A stretch of 40,618 nt of DNA. It comes from Octopus bimaculoides (taxonomy: Eukaryota). A program made the translations under genes and the position numbers. Below are positions 22,414 through 35,530 of the stretch, piece after piece (the first letter of the stretch is position 1; every line of letters begins with the position of its first letter). The stretch covers positions 26,852,331-26,892,948 of the forward strand of contig NC_068982.1 of assembly GCF_001194135.2 (NCBI RefSeq), in the 5' to 3' direction. The notes below the pieces were generated by a model. It ran no database searches, had not been told where the DNA came from, and worked only from the letters and a program-made list of their open reading frames with translations.

Positions 22414-22896
22414 CAGTGGTGGCTCGTGTATAGTAGGCACAGCGGAACTGCAGCACCCCTTATTTCCACTCGATATTATCGGTAACATTCAATATAATGC
22501 GTCCTTGTTTTCTTTAATTCTTTCTTTATACTTGTACATTATATAATCCTTAAGCTTAATGTCAGTAGCCATCTCCTAGTTTATGAAAAAATACAAAAAA
22601 ATCCTTGTATAGAACTGGGCGCTTCACAGTTCCAGCGATGCGGTGTTTGGCTGTTGTGCGAGATAGGAAGCTGCATGCTAGGAAGAGAGAGCACTGTGGT
22701 TCACTCAGTACTGACCCTGGTGCACTGGTGAAAGATAGTGTCTCCTTTTGACTCCGCGTGTGTTGTGCTTAAAACGTGTTTATATTCTTGAATGTGATAA
22801 AGTGTAGAATTAGATTATTATCCTGCTTCCAGCTCCAGTGTTGCTACCAAGATTTGAAAAATAGAACAAATTTCCCTCCTTATTTTGTGATTTAGG
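22414..22896 (+). mobile_element. Possible 5' end of a DNA transposon (CAGTGG-type terminus), truncated by a gap
   Basis: Begins CAGTGGTGGCTCGTG...GCAGCACCCC, a terminus style seen in hAT/Harbinger non-autonomous elements; the partner TIR is not visible. Confidence 0.28.
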
Positions 22897-23321
22897 NNNN
22901 NNNNNNNNNNNNNNNNNNNNNNNNNNNNNNNNNNNNNNNNNNNNNNNNNNNNNNNNNNNNNNNNNNNNNNNNNNNNNNNNNNNNNNNNNNNNNNNNNNNN
23001 NNNNNNNNNNNNNNNNNNNNNNNNNNNNNNNNNNNNNNNNNNNNNNNNNNNNNNNNNNNNNNNNNNNNNNNNNNNNNNNNNNNNNNNNNNNNNNNNNNNN
23101 NNNNNNNNNNNNNNNNNNNNNNNNNNNNNNNNNNNNNNNNNNNACTGAAAATGATTCAAGTCTACGAATCAGTTTCATATCTGGAATGCCTAAAGGAGAA
23201 AGTATATTTTGGCATCGATTACACATGCGTCCAAGTTACACACAGGCACGGATGGACAAATAAGCCCACACATACACAAGAGTACATATATGCACACACA
23301 CACACACACACACACATATAT

Positions 23322-23372
<51 letters not shown>

Positions 23373-23378
23373 CATGTA

Positions 23379-23800
23379 CAGGCGTGGATGTATGGTAGGA
23401 ACTTTGCTTCCTGACCACATGGTTTCGGGTTCAGTCCTACTGCGTAGCACTCTGGGTAAACATCTTCTACTATAACTTCGCGCCGACCAATGCTTTTGTG
23501 AGTGGATTTGGAAGGCAGAAACTAAAAGAAGCTTGTCGTATAGACATAAATATATATACATACATGTATGTGTGTGTGTGTCTGTGTCTGTGTGTCTGTC
23601 TGTCTGTCTATACCCCACCATCGCTTGTCAACTTGACAACCGGTGTTACTGCGTTTACATTCTCGTAACGAAGCGGTTCGGCAAAAGATACCGATAGAAT
23701 AAGTACCAAGCTTAAAAAATAAGTACTGGGGGTCGATTCGTTCGACTAAAATCTTTCAAAGCGGTGCCACAGTAGACGCAGTCTAATGGCTGAAAGTAAT
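23379..23800 (+). mobile_element. SINE family A, full-length diverged copy
   Basis: GGCGTGGATGTATGGTAGG...GGTTTCGGGTTCAGTCC head, internal TA/TG/TCTG microsatellite, GATAGAATAAGTACCAAG...CTGGGGGTCGAT core. Confidence 0.87.
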
Positions 23801-25629
23801 AGCAGAGCAAACAAAGCACATACATCGCATAAACTATAGAGACAAAACGATGTGAAAAAAGAAACAGGCGGAGTTGAATATTTGTTTCAAAATATGACTT
23901 CTGTCTACTAAATTACGGCATCATGTATGTCCTGATAACTTATAACAAGCTAATCTTGGGTGTTGGGTAAATGAAAAACTTATTCCGGTGTCAATTTCAA
24001 GGACTTTACTAGTGTCACCTCTTTTCCTGTGGTATCATTGTAAGTACTTCATGTATTATTTAAATATCGCTGGCTTCAATAAATCCTTAATAGATGTGTA
24101 CATGAAAATTATACACGCAGGCTTGGTTGTATGCTTAATTTCACTTCGCAACCGTTTGGCTCGGAGTTCGAATTTACTGCGTACTCCCTATGGCATTCTA
24201 TCATAGCCTCGAGGAAAACCTGTTATAAAAATACCAAAAGTGTTCTTCTTTCCGTAATCGTCATGGATATGTTGCTGTTATTTCTAACAGGTTGAATGTT
24301 CATGTAGAGTCCTCACTTTTGTGAGTTCTTTCGATACCTCCAATGCATATGCGACCATGTAAAAGCTCATTCGTTACCCCGAATAGCATAGGTCTATTTG
24401 ATTGAGACGATTATTGTTCTTTTCAATAAAGGCAATTATGAGAGAAACAACTTCATTTTCTGACAATAGCATGATTCTTGATAGTGGAACGTTCCATATG
24501 AATTTATTGTATGAAGCAGTTTATGAACAACAGAGTCATTGGTAACAGATTTCCAACAGATCACTCATTCGTTTCCTTCCTTTACAAGGATTAGAGTGGC
24601 AAGTATTAAGAGAATTCGATCAATATACTCAGCTATATTGCAGTCAATTAATTTTAGGATCCTGACAATTATATTTCAGTGAATTCTTTAGCAAGTTAGG
24701 TTGACTATAATGTTCACTTGTTGTTTAAGATTTCACTAACAGCCTCAATCTCCATTTGAGGATTAAGTGTCCAGGCCATGTATGCAGGATATGAACTGCA
24801 TCTCTCTAAGCTACTTATTCTGTAAATTATTGATTCCAACATCATCTTGGCTCTGAAAGTATGCAAAGATAAACACCGAGTGTATTTCAGGAATTACTCT
24901 AAAGATCCTATTGCTTACCTCTTAGTTGTAGCAATGGTAGTTATTGTTCTTGTCCCCTTTTTATCTTCTTCTCAAACCTGATCCCAAAAAGCCTATGATT
25001 ACAGGCGTTCCGTGATCATCTTGTGTTTCTAATGTATCAAGGATTACATTATCAGGAATATATATTGACGAAAATATATATTGACGAGAAAATCGTGAAC
25101 CGGTGCTTTCAAATGAAGTCTCGAGCGATGTTTGTTCTACACTGATTACTAATACACTCTTTCGTTGATCTTGTTACCAGAAATGTAAGAACTAATGCTT
25201 GCTCTGTTGCAAATCAGTAAAAAGTGGCGCTACTGTTTACTAATAGTTATACAGAATAAACTTGCTCTTTCCTTAAGACGAAAACGGCGTGATTTAAGAA
25301 ATATTTAGTTGTCGTTTCTAGCGGGTCGAGCTACCATGTACAGTTTCCTTTATCGTTGTTGCTGTTATGTAGCCTTGGGTCAGTCTCCTTTAGCAAACCA
25401 ACGATTAAAGGCATTAGAATCGTAGCCATCTCGTCGTTTATCTATTTATTTATTTTATCTATATATTTTTTTAGAAATGCGGCATTTTGAATGTTTTGTT
25501 CCTTTTTAAGACAGTGGGATAAGCTTTCAAAATTATTTGGCTGATATTTTTAGCAATGAAATAATTACGAAGCGGTTTCTTTTGTAGGAAAATATAATTT
25601 CTGTCCTCATTTTAGTTACAAAGAGAAAT

Positions 25630-25845
25630 AGAAATTGTTTCCAATAAAGGCAGAAGACTTGAAATTTGTGGGGAGAGGTTAGTGAATTATACCCATCCAG
25701 TACTTGCTTCGTACTTTATTACGATGGCACAGAAGGAATGAAAGAAAAAGTTGTCATCGAATCTCTTGGACTTAGAAAGTAGGGCTTGAACAGCTACCGT
25801 GTGGCATTTTGCACGATGCTCTAGCGATTCTACAAGTCCATCACC
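25630..25845 (-). mobile_element. SINE family B, old copy
   Basis: Degenerate reverse complement of the family B body (GCTCTAGCGATTCTACAAGTCC head region; GTACTTTATTACGATGG core). Confidence 0.6.
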
Positions 25846-25855
25846 CAAAGCAAAA

Positions 25856-25985
25856 ATATTCTTGTCTACGCTAGGCACAAGGCCCGAAATTTGGGGGGAG
25901 GGGACCAGTCGATTAGATCGACCCCAATAAGCAACTGGTACTTAATTTATCGACCCCGAAAGGATGAAAGGCAAAGTCGACGTCA
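25856..25985 (-). mobile_element. SINE family B, younger 5'-truncated copy adjacent to the older one
   Basis: CTGGTACTTAATTTATCGACCCCGAAAGGATGAAAGGCAAAGTCGAC is a near-exact reverse complement of the 7425-7475 core. Confidence 0.88.
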
Positions 25986-26134
25986 TCGGGCTAAACAAAA
26001 ATATTAATAAAAAAATATGACTGGGGCTGATGTTCGCTTTCCAACCACATTGTTCCGAATTCGATCCCACTTCTTAACAAATGGCACCAGTGTCTTCTAT
26101 TGCATCCCCTTTTTCATTAATATCTTGTGTCTAG

Positions 26135-26420
26135 TTAACGGGAACCGTTCAGAAGTTCGTCGAACATGTGTGCGCACGCGTACGTGTGTTTGTGCATGCG
26201 CGCATGCGTGTGTGTGTGTTTATCTCTGCATTCTTGATCTGAAATGCGTTGTAGAGTATGTGAGCATTCCTCTACACTCAGAAGTTCCACAAATAGACAC
26301 CGCTAAAATAAGTACCCGAGTGAAATAGGTATTGTAGTCGAGATGATCAAGTAAATCATTGAAGGCATTGCTACAGTATGACCATAGCTCAATGACCGAA
26401 ACCAGTAAAATGATAATAAA
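26135..26420 (+). mobile_element. SINE family A-like 3' half, highly diverged
   Basis: GAAGTTCGTCG + (GT/GC)n + AAAATAAGTACC + CAATGACCGAAACCAGTAAAA tail. Confidence 0.6.
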
Positions 26421-26789
26421 AGAGAAATTTTAATAATAAATTTTTTTTTTTAATAAAAGAAATGCAATTACCTGATCTCACAGTGAAATATCTTAGTTAT
26501 TTAATTTGATAGGTTTCCTTGTCCTATTTTTCATATATTTTTGTAAATGAACCTTTTCGGTTTCCTTGAGTTTTTTATTTTTATTTTTGATTAAGATAAT
26601 TCAAGTAATTCCTACAACGAAAGAATTGATTGAGATAATAAAGTATTCAAATCGAATCGTGAGGTCATAAATATATACATGACGTCAAAGCTAACAAACA
26701 TAGATTTCTTTTGACATCGTACAAAGCTGACGTGTGTAAGGCAGTGCAGTAAATTAACTGGATCTTAATATATTGATTTCTAGCATTGA

Positions 26790-26977
26790 TACATTTGGGA
26801 GGTGGAGATGATGTAATCGATTAAATCAACTTGATTGGTACTTTATTTTATTGACTTGAGACGGATAACGAATACAGAAGAACTCAGCAGGATTTGAATT
26901 CAGACCATAAAGATCCAGAAGAAATATCGCAAAGCATTTTTTCAGAGACTAACAATTCTGCCAGTTCACCGCCTTAG
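26790..26977 (-). mobile_element. SINE family B, old copy
   Basis: Ends CTAACAATTCTGCCAGTTCACCGCCTT, the reverse complement of the AAGGCGG...CTGGCAGAA..GTTAG head. Confidence 0.72.
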
Positions 26978-27923
26978 CTAATCAAAGTTAAATCTATCTG
27001 TAATGATATATCATATGCAAAGTACAGTGAAATTTGAATTTATTAAATTCAATATTTTAATACAAGTACCACTGGCACTTATATGATTTGCAAAGGGAGG
27101 AAAATAAAAGCAGTCACCGGGAAAATTGCATGCAGAAACGTGACATACAAAACAAAATAGTATAAGTTATTCGACGATTCATGCGAATTTAATCTGTAGA
27201 TTAGTAGTGCAGATGACTGAATTGACATGAAACAAGGCCACATATTTCTCAAGTGTGGGTTTATAGTCGACAAAATCAATTCTGCACATGACTAAGTGGG
27301 AAATGTAAAATTTCAACTTCAGCCAGGTTTGAACTCATAACATATAGCGTCATAGCCAAATATCCCAACGCATTTACCGATTTTGCCAATTAAACGAAAT
27401 ATCAATAATACTGAGTCGACAAGAAATCCAGCGAAGGATCTTCTGAATCAGAGTTTTTTAAGCTAGACGGTGGTGTCCCCCTCACCCCTGGGGCTGTTGT
27501 GAGCACGCCAAGAGGTAGCAAATGTCAAGAGGGCATTTGAAATTTTTCTTAAAGTATTTGAACTAAATACAATAGTAAAGTCTTAAGCACATTTTCAAAT
27601 GAAATAAAAATGTTGGTATTAAAACATGACTAAGATATTGTTATAAGTGGGCAGCAACTTGACTGACGATGATGTGCCAAAGTTCAACATAATTTCATTC
27701 TGTTATTTTATAAGATTTCGTCTTCATAATTTTATTTTTGTTATATGTTTCAGTTATGCGGTTGTGGTCGGGACACTAGTTCATGCTAATATCCCATATA
27801 CTATAAGAAAACGTGGTTAACAAATCAGTGTGCAAAATTATTTTTCTTAGAGAACATGAGGCGAGAACGTTTTTAAAATGCTATTCTGTGAACGGTAGCG
27901 TTAAATACCTGAAGACTCGAGTA

Positions 27924-27971
27924 TTTCGATCTACTTGTCTTTCGATCTACTCGTCTTTCGATCTACTCGTA
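27924..27971. repeat. 16-bp minisatellite x3 (TTTCGATCTACTCGTC)
   Basis: Three adjacent units with 1 mismatch each at most. Confidence 0.92.
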
Positions 27972-28034
27972 ATACCAGATAAATCTCTTTCAAGTCATAG
28001 CGTTACCTTTTTAAATTGAAAATATAAGCAACAT

Positions 28035-28480
28035 AGGCGCAGACGTGGTTGTGTGGTAAGAAGTTTGCTCCCTAACCACATGGTTCCGGGTTTAGTCCCA
28101 CTGCGTGGCACCTTGGGCAAGTGTCTTATACTATAGCTTCGGGCCGACCAAAGCCTTGACAGTTGATCTAGTAGACGGAAACTGAAAGAAGTTCGTCGTA
28201 TATATATATATACATATATNNNNNNNNNNNNNNNNNNNNNNNNNNNNNNNNNNNNNNNNNNNNNNNNNNNNNNNNNNNNNNNNNNNNNNNNNNNNNNNNN
28301 NNNNNNNNNNNNNNNNNNNNNNNNNNNNNNNNNNNNNNNNNNNNNNNNNNNNNNNNNNNNNNNNNNNNNNNNNNNNNNNNNNNNNNNNNNNNNNNNNNNN
28401 NNNNNNNNNNNNNNNNNNNNNNNNNNNNNNNNNNNNNNNNNNNNNNNNNNNNNNNNNNNNNNNNNNNNNNNNNNNNNNNN

Positions 28481-28511
<31 letters not shown>

Positions 28512-28800
28512 CATACATATATATACATGTATTTGTGTATGTATGTATGCATGTATGCATGTATGTATGTATGTATGTACGTATGTATGTATGTATTTGT
28601 CCCCCATCACCGCTTGACAACCAGTGCTGGTGTGTTTACGTCCCTGTAACTTAGCGGTGTTCTGCAAAAGAGATCGATAGAATAAGTACAAGGTTTCAAA
28701 AATAAGCCCTGGGGATCGATTTGTTCGACTAAATTCCTTCAAGACAGAGATCCAACATGGCTGCAGTCAAATGACTGAAACAAATAAAAGAATAAAAATA
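28035..28800 (+). mobile_element. SINE family A, full-length, internal microsatellite expanded into an assembly gap
   Basis: AGGCGCAGACGTGGTTGTGTGGTAAG...GGTTCCGGGTTTAGTCCC head; body resumes after the gap with CGCTTGACAACC...GACTGAAACAAATAAAAGAATAAAA. Confidence 0.9.
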
Positions 28801-29135
28801 AACGAACGTGAAAAACAAATAAATTCAAAGTGCAATAGGAACTCAAGTGCTTTCTCAAGTTTTTTTTCTCAAACTTTACCCTGTTATCTTATACTTTGAT
28901 AGCATAGAGGTAACACTTAAAAATTCAGTGCTGTTAACCTTGTTTCCACAGCAGAGTGAGAGGTAGGAACATAATTAAAAAAACATCACCTAAAGGTAAG
29001 GTCATGTTTTTGCTAATTTGATATTTTGTTGTTGATGTTGATGACAGTCATCATGATGTCGGTGATGTAGAAGAAAAAGGGGACGAGAGAGAGGATCATG
29101 TGTTCATCGCTCTGTATATAGGTTAAATACATAGT

Positions 29136-29721
29136 TTAAACTTTAAAGGGTGGACATCATCAACTGATGTTTCATTAAAGAACGGCAGACATTATCAATT
29201 GATGTTCCAGTAGAGAACAGTGGACATCATCAATTGTTGTTTTAAAAATTTACATGGATATGATCATCCTCAGTTGATGCCTGGGTGTCGACTTCATCAA
29301 ATGCACTTAAGCGTATCAAGTGGCAAATGGAATATTTATACAGCGGTACGGAAGATTTTTTCTGATTTTCTTTCATCATCAGATGAAGTAGATGATGACG
29401 ACGCTCTGGATAGCACAGAAGGAAGTGATATCTCAACTAGCTCCAGGCGGAAAAACTGTACCGATCTTTCACCATTTGTACATTCGTTTGACATCTACAA
29501 TGCGGGAATCTCAAATGAAATTTTGCTCAAATGAATTTGTTGCCCTTGTGTCTTAATTTTTTATAACCTAACAGAGTTAAAATATTATTTTCATAGTTTG
29601 TTTTTGAAGTGAAAATAAGTATAAAAATTACTCTTACAAAAAATTCTTTTTTCTTTTTTTCTGATCCCCCCAAACATTAGTACAAACATTCATGTAGCCT
29701 TTCGTGCTTTTTAAGGGTTAA
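29136..29721 (+). mobile_element. piggyBac-like non-autonomous element
   Basis: TTAA at 29136-29139 and 29718-29721. The right end is AAGGG|TTAA (CCCT-type terminus) and the left end is degenerate (ACTTTAAAGGG, 7/11 match). There are three subterminal GACATCATCAATTGATGTT-like repeats and an acidic remnant SSSDEVDDDDALDSTEGSD typical of piggyBac N-termini. Confidence 0.5.
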
Positions 29722-30031
29722 TACACCAGCACAATTATTAAAATATTTCATATCAATTATCACAAACTCTTTGCAAAACATACATGCACATACACTAAGA
29801 TAAACATCCCACATACAAACAAACAAATACATGTATGTATCTATATAATAGAGTTAACTGGGACTGCAAGTTATCCCTAAGCGTTTTATTTAATAAACTG
29901 CCCAGAAATTGAAAGCGTGTATATACAATAATCATGTCAGTTCTGTACGACTGCGTAAGCAGGTGTGAGTAAATGTGAATACGTAAGCACCTCAAAGGAT
30001 CAACACCAGGCATCCATATTACGTAACATAC

Positions 30032-30250
30032 AAAGGCGGGGACCTGGCAGAATCGTTAGCAGACCAGGAAAAATGCTTAACGGCATTTCGCCTATCTTTA
30101 CATTCTGAGTTCAAATGCCACCGAGGTCAACTTTGCCTTTCGTCCTTTAGAAGTCGATAAAATACGAAGCAGTAGAGTACTGAAATCGATGAAATCGATT
30201 AGCACCCTCCCTTAAAATTTCAGGCCTTGTGCCTATAGTAGAAATGATAT
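30032..30250 (+). mobile_element. SINE family B, full-length diverged copy
   Basis: AAGGCGGGGACCTGGCAGAATCGTTAGC...GAGTTCAAATGCC...GGCCTTGTGCCTATAGTAGAAA. Confidence 0.87.
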
Positions 30251-30946
30251 TACCTAACATACAAACATTTGCAGACACATTTGGACTCATATACACACAT
30301 ACAAACACAAATACGCAAATCATAAACAGAGCTACACATATGCAGACAAACAGATAGATACATACATACATACATACATACATACATACATACATACATA
30401 CATACATAGTTTACTTAATATTGAAACTACTGTTGAAAACTTTGTCAATAAAATTATCAACACCACCCTCTGTACTTACGGAGTCTATAATACATATACA
30501 AGTTTATACATACATATATATAAACAGACACACGCAAACATAAATATATGTGTTGTATGTATCTGTATATATATATATACAAATCAAGAAAACCATATTA
30601 AGCACTAAAAATATATAATCCTAATCAGACTCACTTCAACTTCTAAAAAACACAAACTGCCGCATTCTTATCGTAATAGGTTCTCAAACAGGACTCACTT
30701 AATACTGTTGCCGTTTGCCACTAATCCTTTTGTGTACAGAAGTTCACTAATAGTAGAGGTTTTCATTGAATAGCGATTTTTACTTTAATTAAGAGCCGAA
30801 AATATTGTACGACTTAATAAAAGCAGATTAATCGTTAAACTAGATAATTGGGGATAATGGAATCTTATCTTGTGCTTGTTATGAGAAATGTTATAAAACT
30901 TTTCTAGAGTTTTTTCTAGTATCGGTGATACAAGAAATTTACCAGC

Positions 30947-30949
<3 letters not shown>

Positions 30950-31010
<61 letters not shown>

Positions 31011-31448
31011 NNNNNNNNNNNNNNNNNNNNNNNNNNNNNNNNNNNNNNNNNNNNNNNNNNNNNNNNNNNNNNNNNNNNNNNNNNNNNNNNNNNNNNNNNN
31101 NNNNNNNNNNNNNNNNNNNNNNNNNNNNNNNNNNNNNNNNNNNNNNNNNNNNNNNNNNNNNNNNNNNNNNNNNNNNNNNNNNNNNNNNNNNNNNNNNNNN
31201 NNNNNNNNNNNNNNNNNNNNNNNNNNNNNNNNNNNNNNNNNNNNNNNNNNNNNNNNNNNNNNNNNNNNNNNNNNNNNNNNNNNNNNNNNNNNNNNNNNNN
31301 NNNNNNNNNNNNNNNNNNNNNNNNNNNNNNNNNNNNNNNNNNNNNNNNNNNNNNNNNNNNNNNNNNNNNNNNNNNNNNNNNNNNNNNNNNNNNNNNNNNN
31401 NNNNNNNNNNNNNNNNNNNNNNNNNNNNNNNNNNNNNNNNNNNNNNNN

Positions 31449-31521
<73 letters not shown>
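30950..31521. repeat. (CT)n and (GT)n arrays flanking a gap
   Basis: Directly visible. Confidence 0.96.
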
Positions 31522-31522
<1 letters not shown>

Positions 31523-31699
31523 TAAAGATACTGGAAATAATGCATATTCAATATATGCTTAACGCTACACGAACAAATATTCTACTGAAAATAATGCAAA
31601 AATTGACGTAACTTTTATTTACAAACATTGGTGGTTGAAATTGTACACGTTGGTAGAGTAAGTCTTCTTCTACAATCCCTCTCGTTCTTGTTCTTCAAC

Positions 31700-32470
31700 A
31701 TTGCAAACAAATAATGGTCTCCGAAATAACGGAGGAAGGGTATACTCACAGGTGGTTTATGGTGATGACACTATTGACATGAGTAATGTATGTATATAGA
31801 GAAAGAACTTTAAAGAGCAGGAAATCAGCATCGACGACAAACCACACAGTGGGAGACCTTCAACTGCCACTGCTGACACAAATAGTCAGCGATTGGACAA
31901 GTTGTTACGCGCAGCCAGATGAATTACGATCCCTGAGCTTATGCACAACTAAATTGCGGACACAGTGCATTACAGAAGACTTTGGGTATCAAAAAGTGGG
32001 TACAAAGTGGTTACCTCGGTAGATAACACCCAATTTAAGGAGAGAACTGTGGAGGTCTACTCTATCTGCCGGAAGCGTTTGAAAGCAATGAAGAAAATTT
32101 TCCCGACAGGATATGAAATGTGGTCATAACTTTATGGCCCAGAAACGAAGATTCACTGCATGCATTAGTGTCACATCTCTTCTCCAAGACTTAAGAACAA
32201 AAGCTAACAATCGGCAGAGAAATCATTGTGACTTTTTTTTTTAATTCTCTTTGATTCTCTCTTGAATATATAGATTCGCCGTGAACAGTGTACCGCACAT
32301 TCAGGAAGTCAAAAATCTTATGGAAGCCAACTTGGTGGAAAAGACCCAACAAGAAACTGAAAATTATGCACGAACATCTTTGCCAAAAAACGAGACAAAT
32401 GGTAAATTGGACTGGTAAGGGAACCACTTACCCCGGACAGCTCAAATCTAACATCTTGGATCCAATGAAA
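31700..32470 (+). pseudogene. Mariner transposase relic, heavily decayed
   Basis: Broken frames read YGDDTIDMSNV...SIDDKPHSGRPSTA...ITEDFGYQKVGTKWLPR (WVPR motif)...TGYEMW (TGDEKW)...EPLTPDSSNL (PHPPYSPDL-like). Confidence 0.78.
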
Positions 32471-34164
32471 GACAGTCCACGGGGACCAAGATTGGGTGAT
32501 ATGCAGAAAGTGAAGAAAAGTTGTGAAGAAAAGGATAAAACAGTGCACACCTTAAATTTTTCTAAAAGGATTCACGTGTTGGGTTCAACGAGGGCACCAA
32601 TGCATCTTTTGCGATGGAGACTATTTTGAGTAGTACACTTATATAAAGAATGAGTTATTCTAACCATCATGTGGAAGTTGAACAACTTATGTTAGATAAC
32701 AAGAAACGTTGTGGCCACTCTTGCCTTACAGATATACAATCTCTCTTATCCGGAGCCCTGGGGACTGGAATTTTTAGGATTTTGGAGATGGTAGGACACT
32801 ACATTCATAATATGTATCCTTGACATTATAATTCATGATCCCAATGAATATCCTAGATTGACTTCCCCTCCAACCTATTTTGAAAACAAATTCTATTTGT
32901 GTATGTCTTAATCCTAAGCTGAACTTAAATTTTGGGCCCTTGGGAATAAGATTACAGAGTATTGACAGGTCTAATCTAGTTGGACATGTGGACGTTTTTA
33001 TCAGCTTACGTAGTTATCACTGATAATATCACTAATAGCAAAGGTTAATGTAAAAATACACATTAAACAAGACACCTACATCTCGCAACATATCTCAAAT
33101 GTACGTAAACACAGTCTTATGAAAGTATTACACCGAATTATTCATATTTACAATGAGTGGAATAACTAAAGATTTTAAATATAGATACGTGATTTTGTGT
33201 GCAAACGACATCCACTCACGAAATTGTGTGCGCGCATTATATTTAGCTCTGTCTCTAGGTATCGAGCACTTACATTGTATTAACAATCATATGCCAATAA
33301 ATTATAGCATTGTATATAATCTTCCCTTTTCAACAAAGTAGAGTATTCTATAATGTTAATTCATTTAACTTATTCTTCTAGAGATGTTTCAATATTCATA
33401 TTTTAAACTTTTTTTGTCCGCTCTATTTGTTCAGATGCGTTTCTGTTTTTTACAAAAACATATAACATTAGGTTAAATATAGAGTACTATACGATTTTTC
33501 TCATCCTCCACTGACGCTTGTTTATGTCACATGTGAAACCTCTCATATAAGTTATGTATTTCAATATTTGCACTTATTATATAAATTAAGTTGCTTCTAG
33601 TACATTTAACTGATCAACTTTATAGCAACAGAAATACATCTAACAGTAAAAATCTGCATCTGACCTTGGAACTAAAATCAAGTTATGCCCACCCCACGTA
33701 CACACGTATATGTGTGTTGGTGTATGCATGTGTGCTTAATGTCTATGAGTATATGTGTGCCTGTGTGTAAGAGTATGTTATATCTGTGTGTATATGTATA
33801 TGTGTGTGAGTCTGTGAATACATGTCTAACTTAGAAGAGAAGTATAAAGCACAATAGCCTTAGCTACAAAATAAACGTCATATCAGCATGCCATATTTGG
33901 TGCGTATGATATATTTGTTTATGCCAGGAAGAACCGGCGTTGGACTTCATTTACACTTCTTCAGAATGCCATGGCATCTGCGTGTTTCTGTGTTTTCTTC
34001 CTTGTGCTACACCGGCGTGCTCATCACGTGATTTTGCCAAATGTAAGGGCCGCATTAAGGATCAGCTGAGAATGTGTTGAGATCGAGAAGACAAACTGAG
34101 ATGCTGATAAAATAGAATGATAGACAGACGGATGGAAGGTATTTAATGGAGGTATGTGGAGAGA

Positions 34165-34165
34165 T

Positions 34166-34210
<45 letters not shown>

Positions 34211-34410
34211 TGCATGCACACAAAAATATGCGCATGCGCACTCGCTCACATACACACATGTATGCATGCATTTTTGCTTGTGTATATGCGTGAGAGAGAT
34301 AGACAGAGAGAGAGAGAGACAGAGAGAGGGAGAGAGACAGAGAGAGATAGACACAGAGAGAGAGATAGACAGAGAGAGATAGACAGAGAGAGAGAGAGAG
34401 AGAGAGTATT
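34165..34410. repeat. (CA)n and (GA/GACA)n microsatellites
   Basis: Directly visible. Confidence 0.95.
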
Positions 34411-34749
34411 GTACACTGAGTGCTCAGAGAAAAAAACTGAAAATCTATTAATAAACAATGTCTATGCCAATAAAACAGAACAAAATGGAAGAATCTGGAT
34501 TTTAGCAACAATGTTAATATTACGTTTATCCGGCCTTTGGCATATTATATCTCCAAGTATTGGGTGGAAACACACATCGCTTCAACGGTATCTCCCCTCT
34601 CTCCATCCACCCTTCTTATACGCACACACGTACACACACATTCGTACACACACGCATGCACACACACACTCGCATATATACATATTTGCACGCATATACG
34701 CATCTCTAAGCATATACGTATAAATATACATGTATACATATATACGCAC

Positions 34750-34794
<45 letters not shown>

Positions 34795-34979
34795 CATATA
34801 TATATTTGTACATATGTAGATATGTAATATAGGTATATGTGTGTGCGTGTGTGTGTGTACATATATATATATATATATATGTACATACCTAACCTATATG
34901 AAAAAGTCCAAATTAATGAAACCGGTACTGAAATGCTTTTTATAAAATTATTTTAGCATTTTCTACCTTGACTTTTTTT

Positions 34980-35047
<68 letters not shown>

Positions 35048-35249
35048 ATATATATAGTCATATATATGCCAGGTAGTATTGGGGATTTATTGCACCTGGA
35101 CCGGAATTTCCTCGGATCTCAAAAAATGTCTATAAATTGCAGATTGAAGGGTAGCATCCACAGAATGAAAAATAACGAAAAGAGGCTTTGTATCCTCCCC
35201 ACCACCGATAAAACCCCACTCAGATGTCTTGTTTCTGTTTCTGCGTAAG

Positions 35250-35259
35250 AGAGAGCGAC

Positions 35260-35290
<31 letters not shown>

Positions 35291-35358
35291 GATAGACAGA
35301 CAGACAGACAGAGACAGAGAGAGAGACAAAGAGAGACAGAGACAGACAGACATAAAAA

Positions 35359-35401
<43 letters not shown>

Positions 35402-35530
35402 TGACAGTTCGGGGTATTGGACAGTTCTGGGTAACTGGGTATGTGTACAGACAGACACAGACAGACTGACAAACAGACAGACAGGCAGAGAAACAGACAG
35501 ACAGATAGATAGATAGATAGATAGATAGAT
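35250..35530. repeat. (GACA)n/(GT)n/(GATA)n compound microsatellite
   Basis: Directly visible. Confidence 0.95.

Noticed and set aside
24190-24500. Minus-strand GIFITGFPRGYDRMP as a LINE RT motif (F.D..KAYD)
   Set aside because: A single weak motif among many stops; cannot be supported without a profile search
27924-27971. CRISPR-like array
   Set aside because: No spacers, only three units, and a eukaryotic context
33920-34050. GC-richer patch with ATCACGTGAT E-box and two ACCGGCGT motifs as an enhancer or exon
   Set aside because: Short motifs are expected by chance; there is no convincing frame or splice pair, and conservation data are needed
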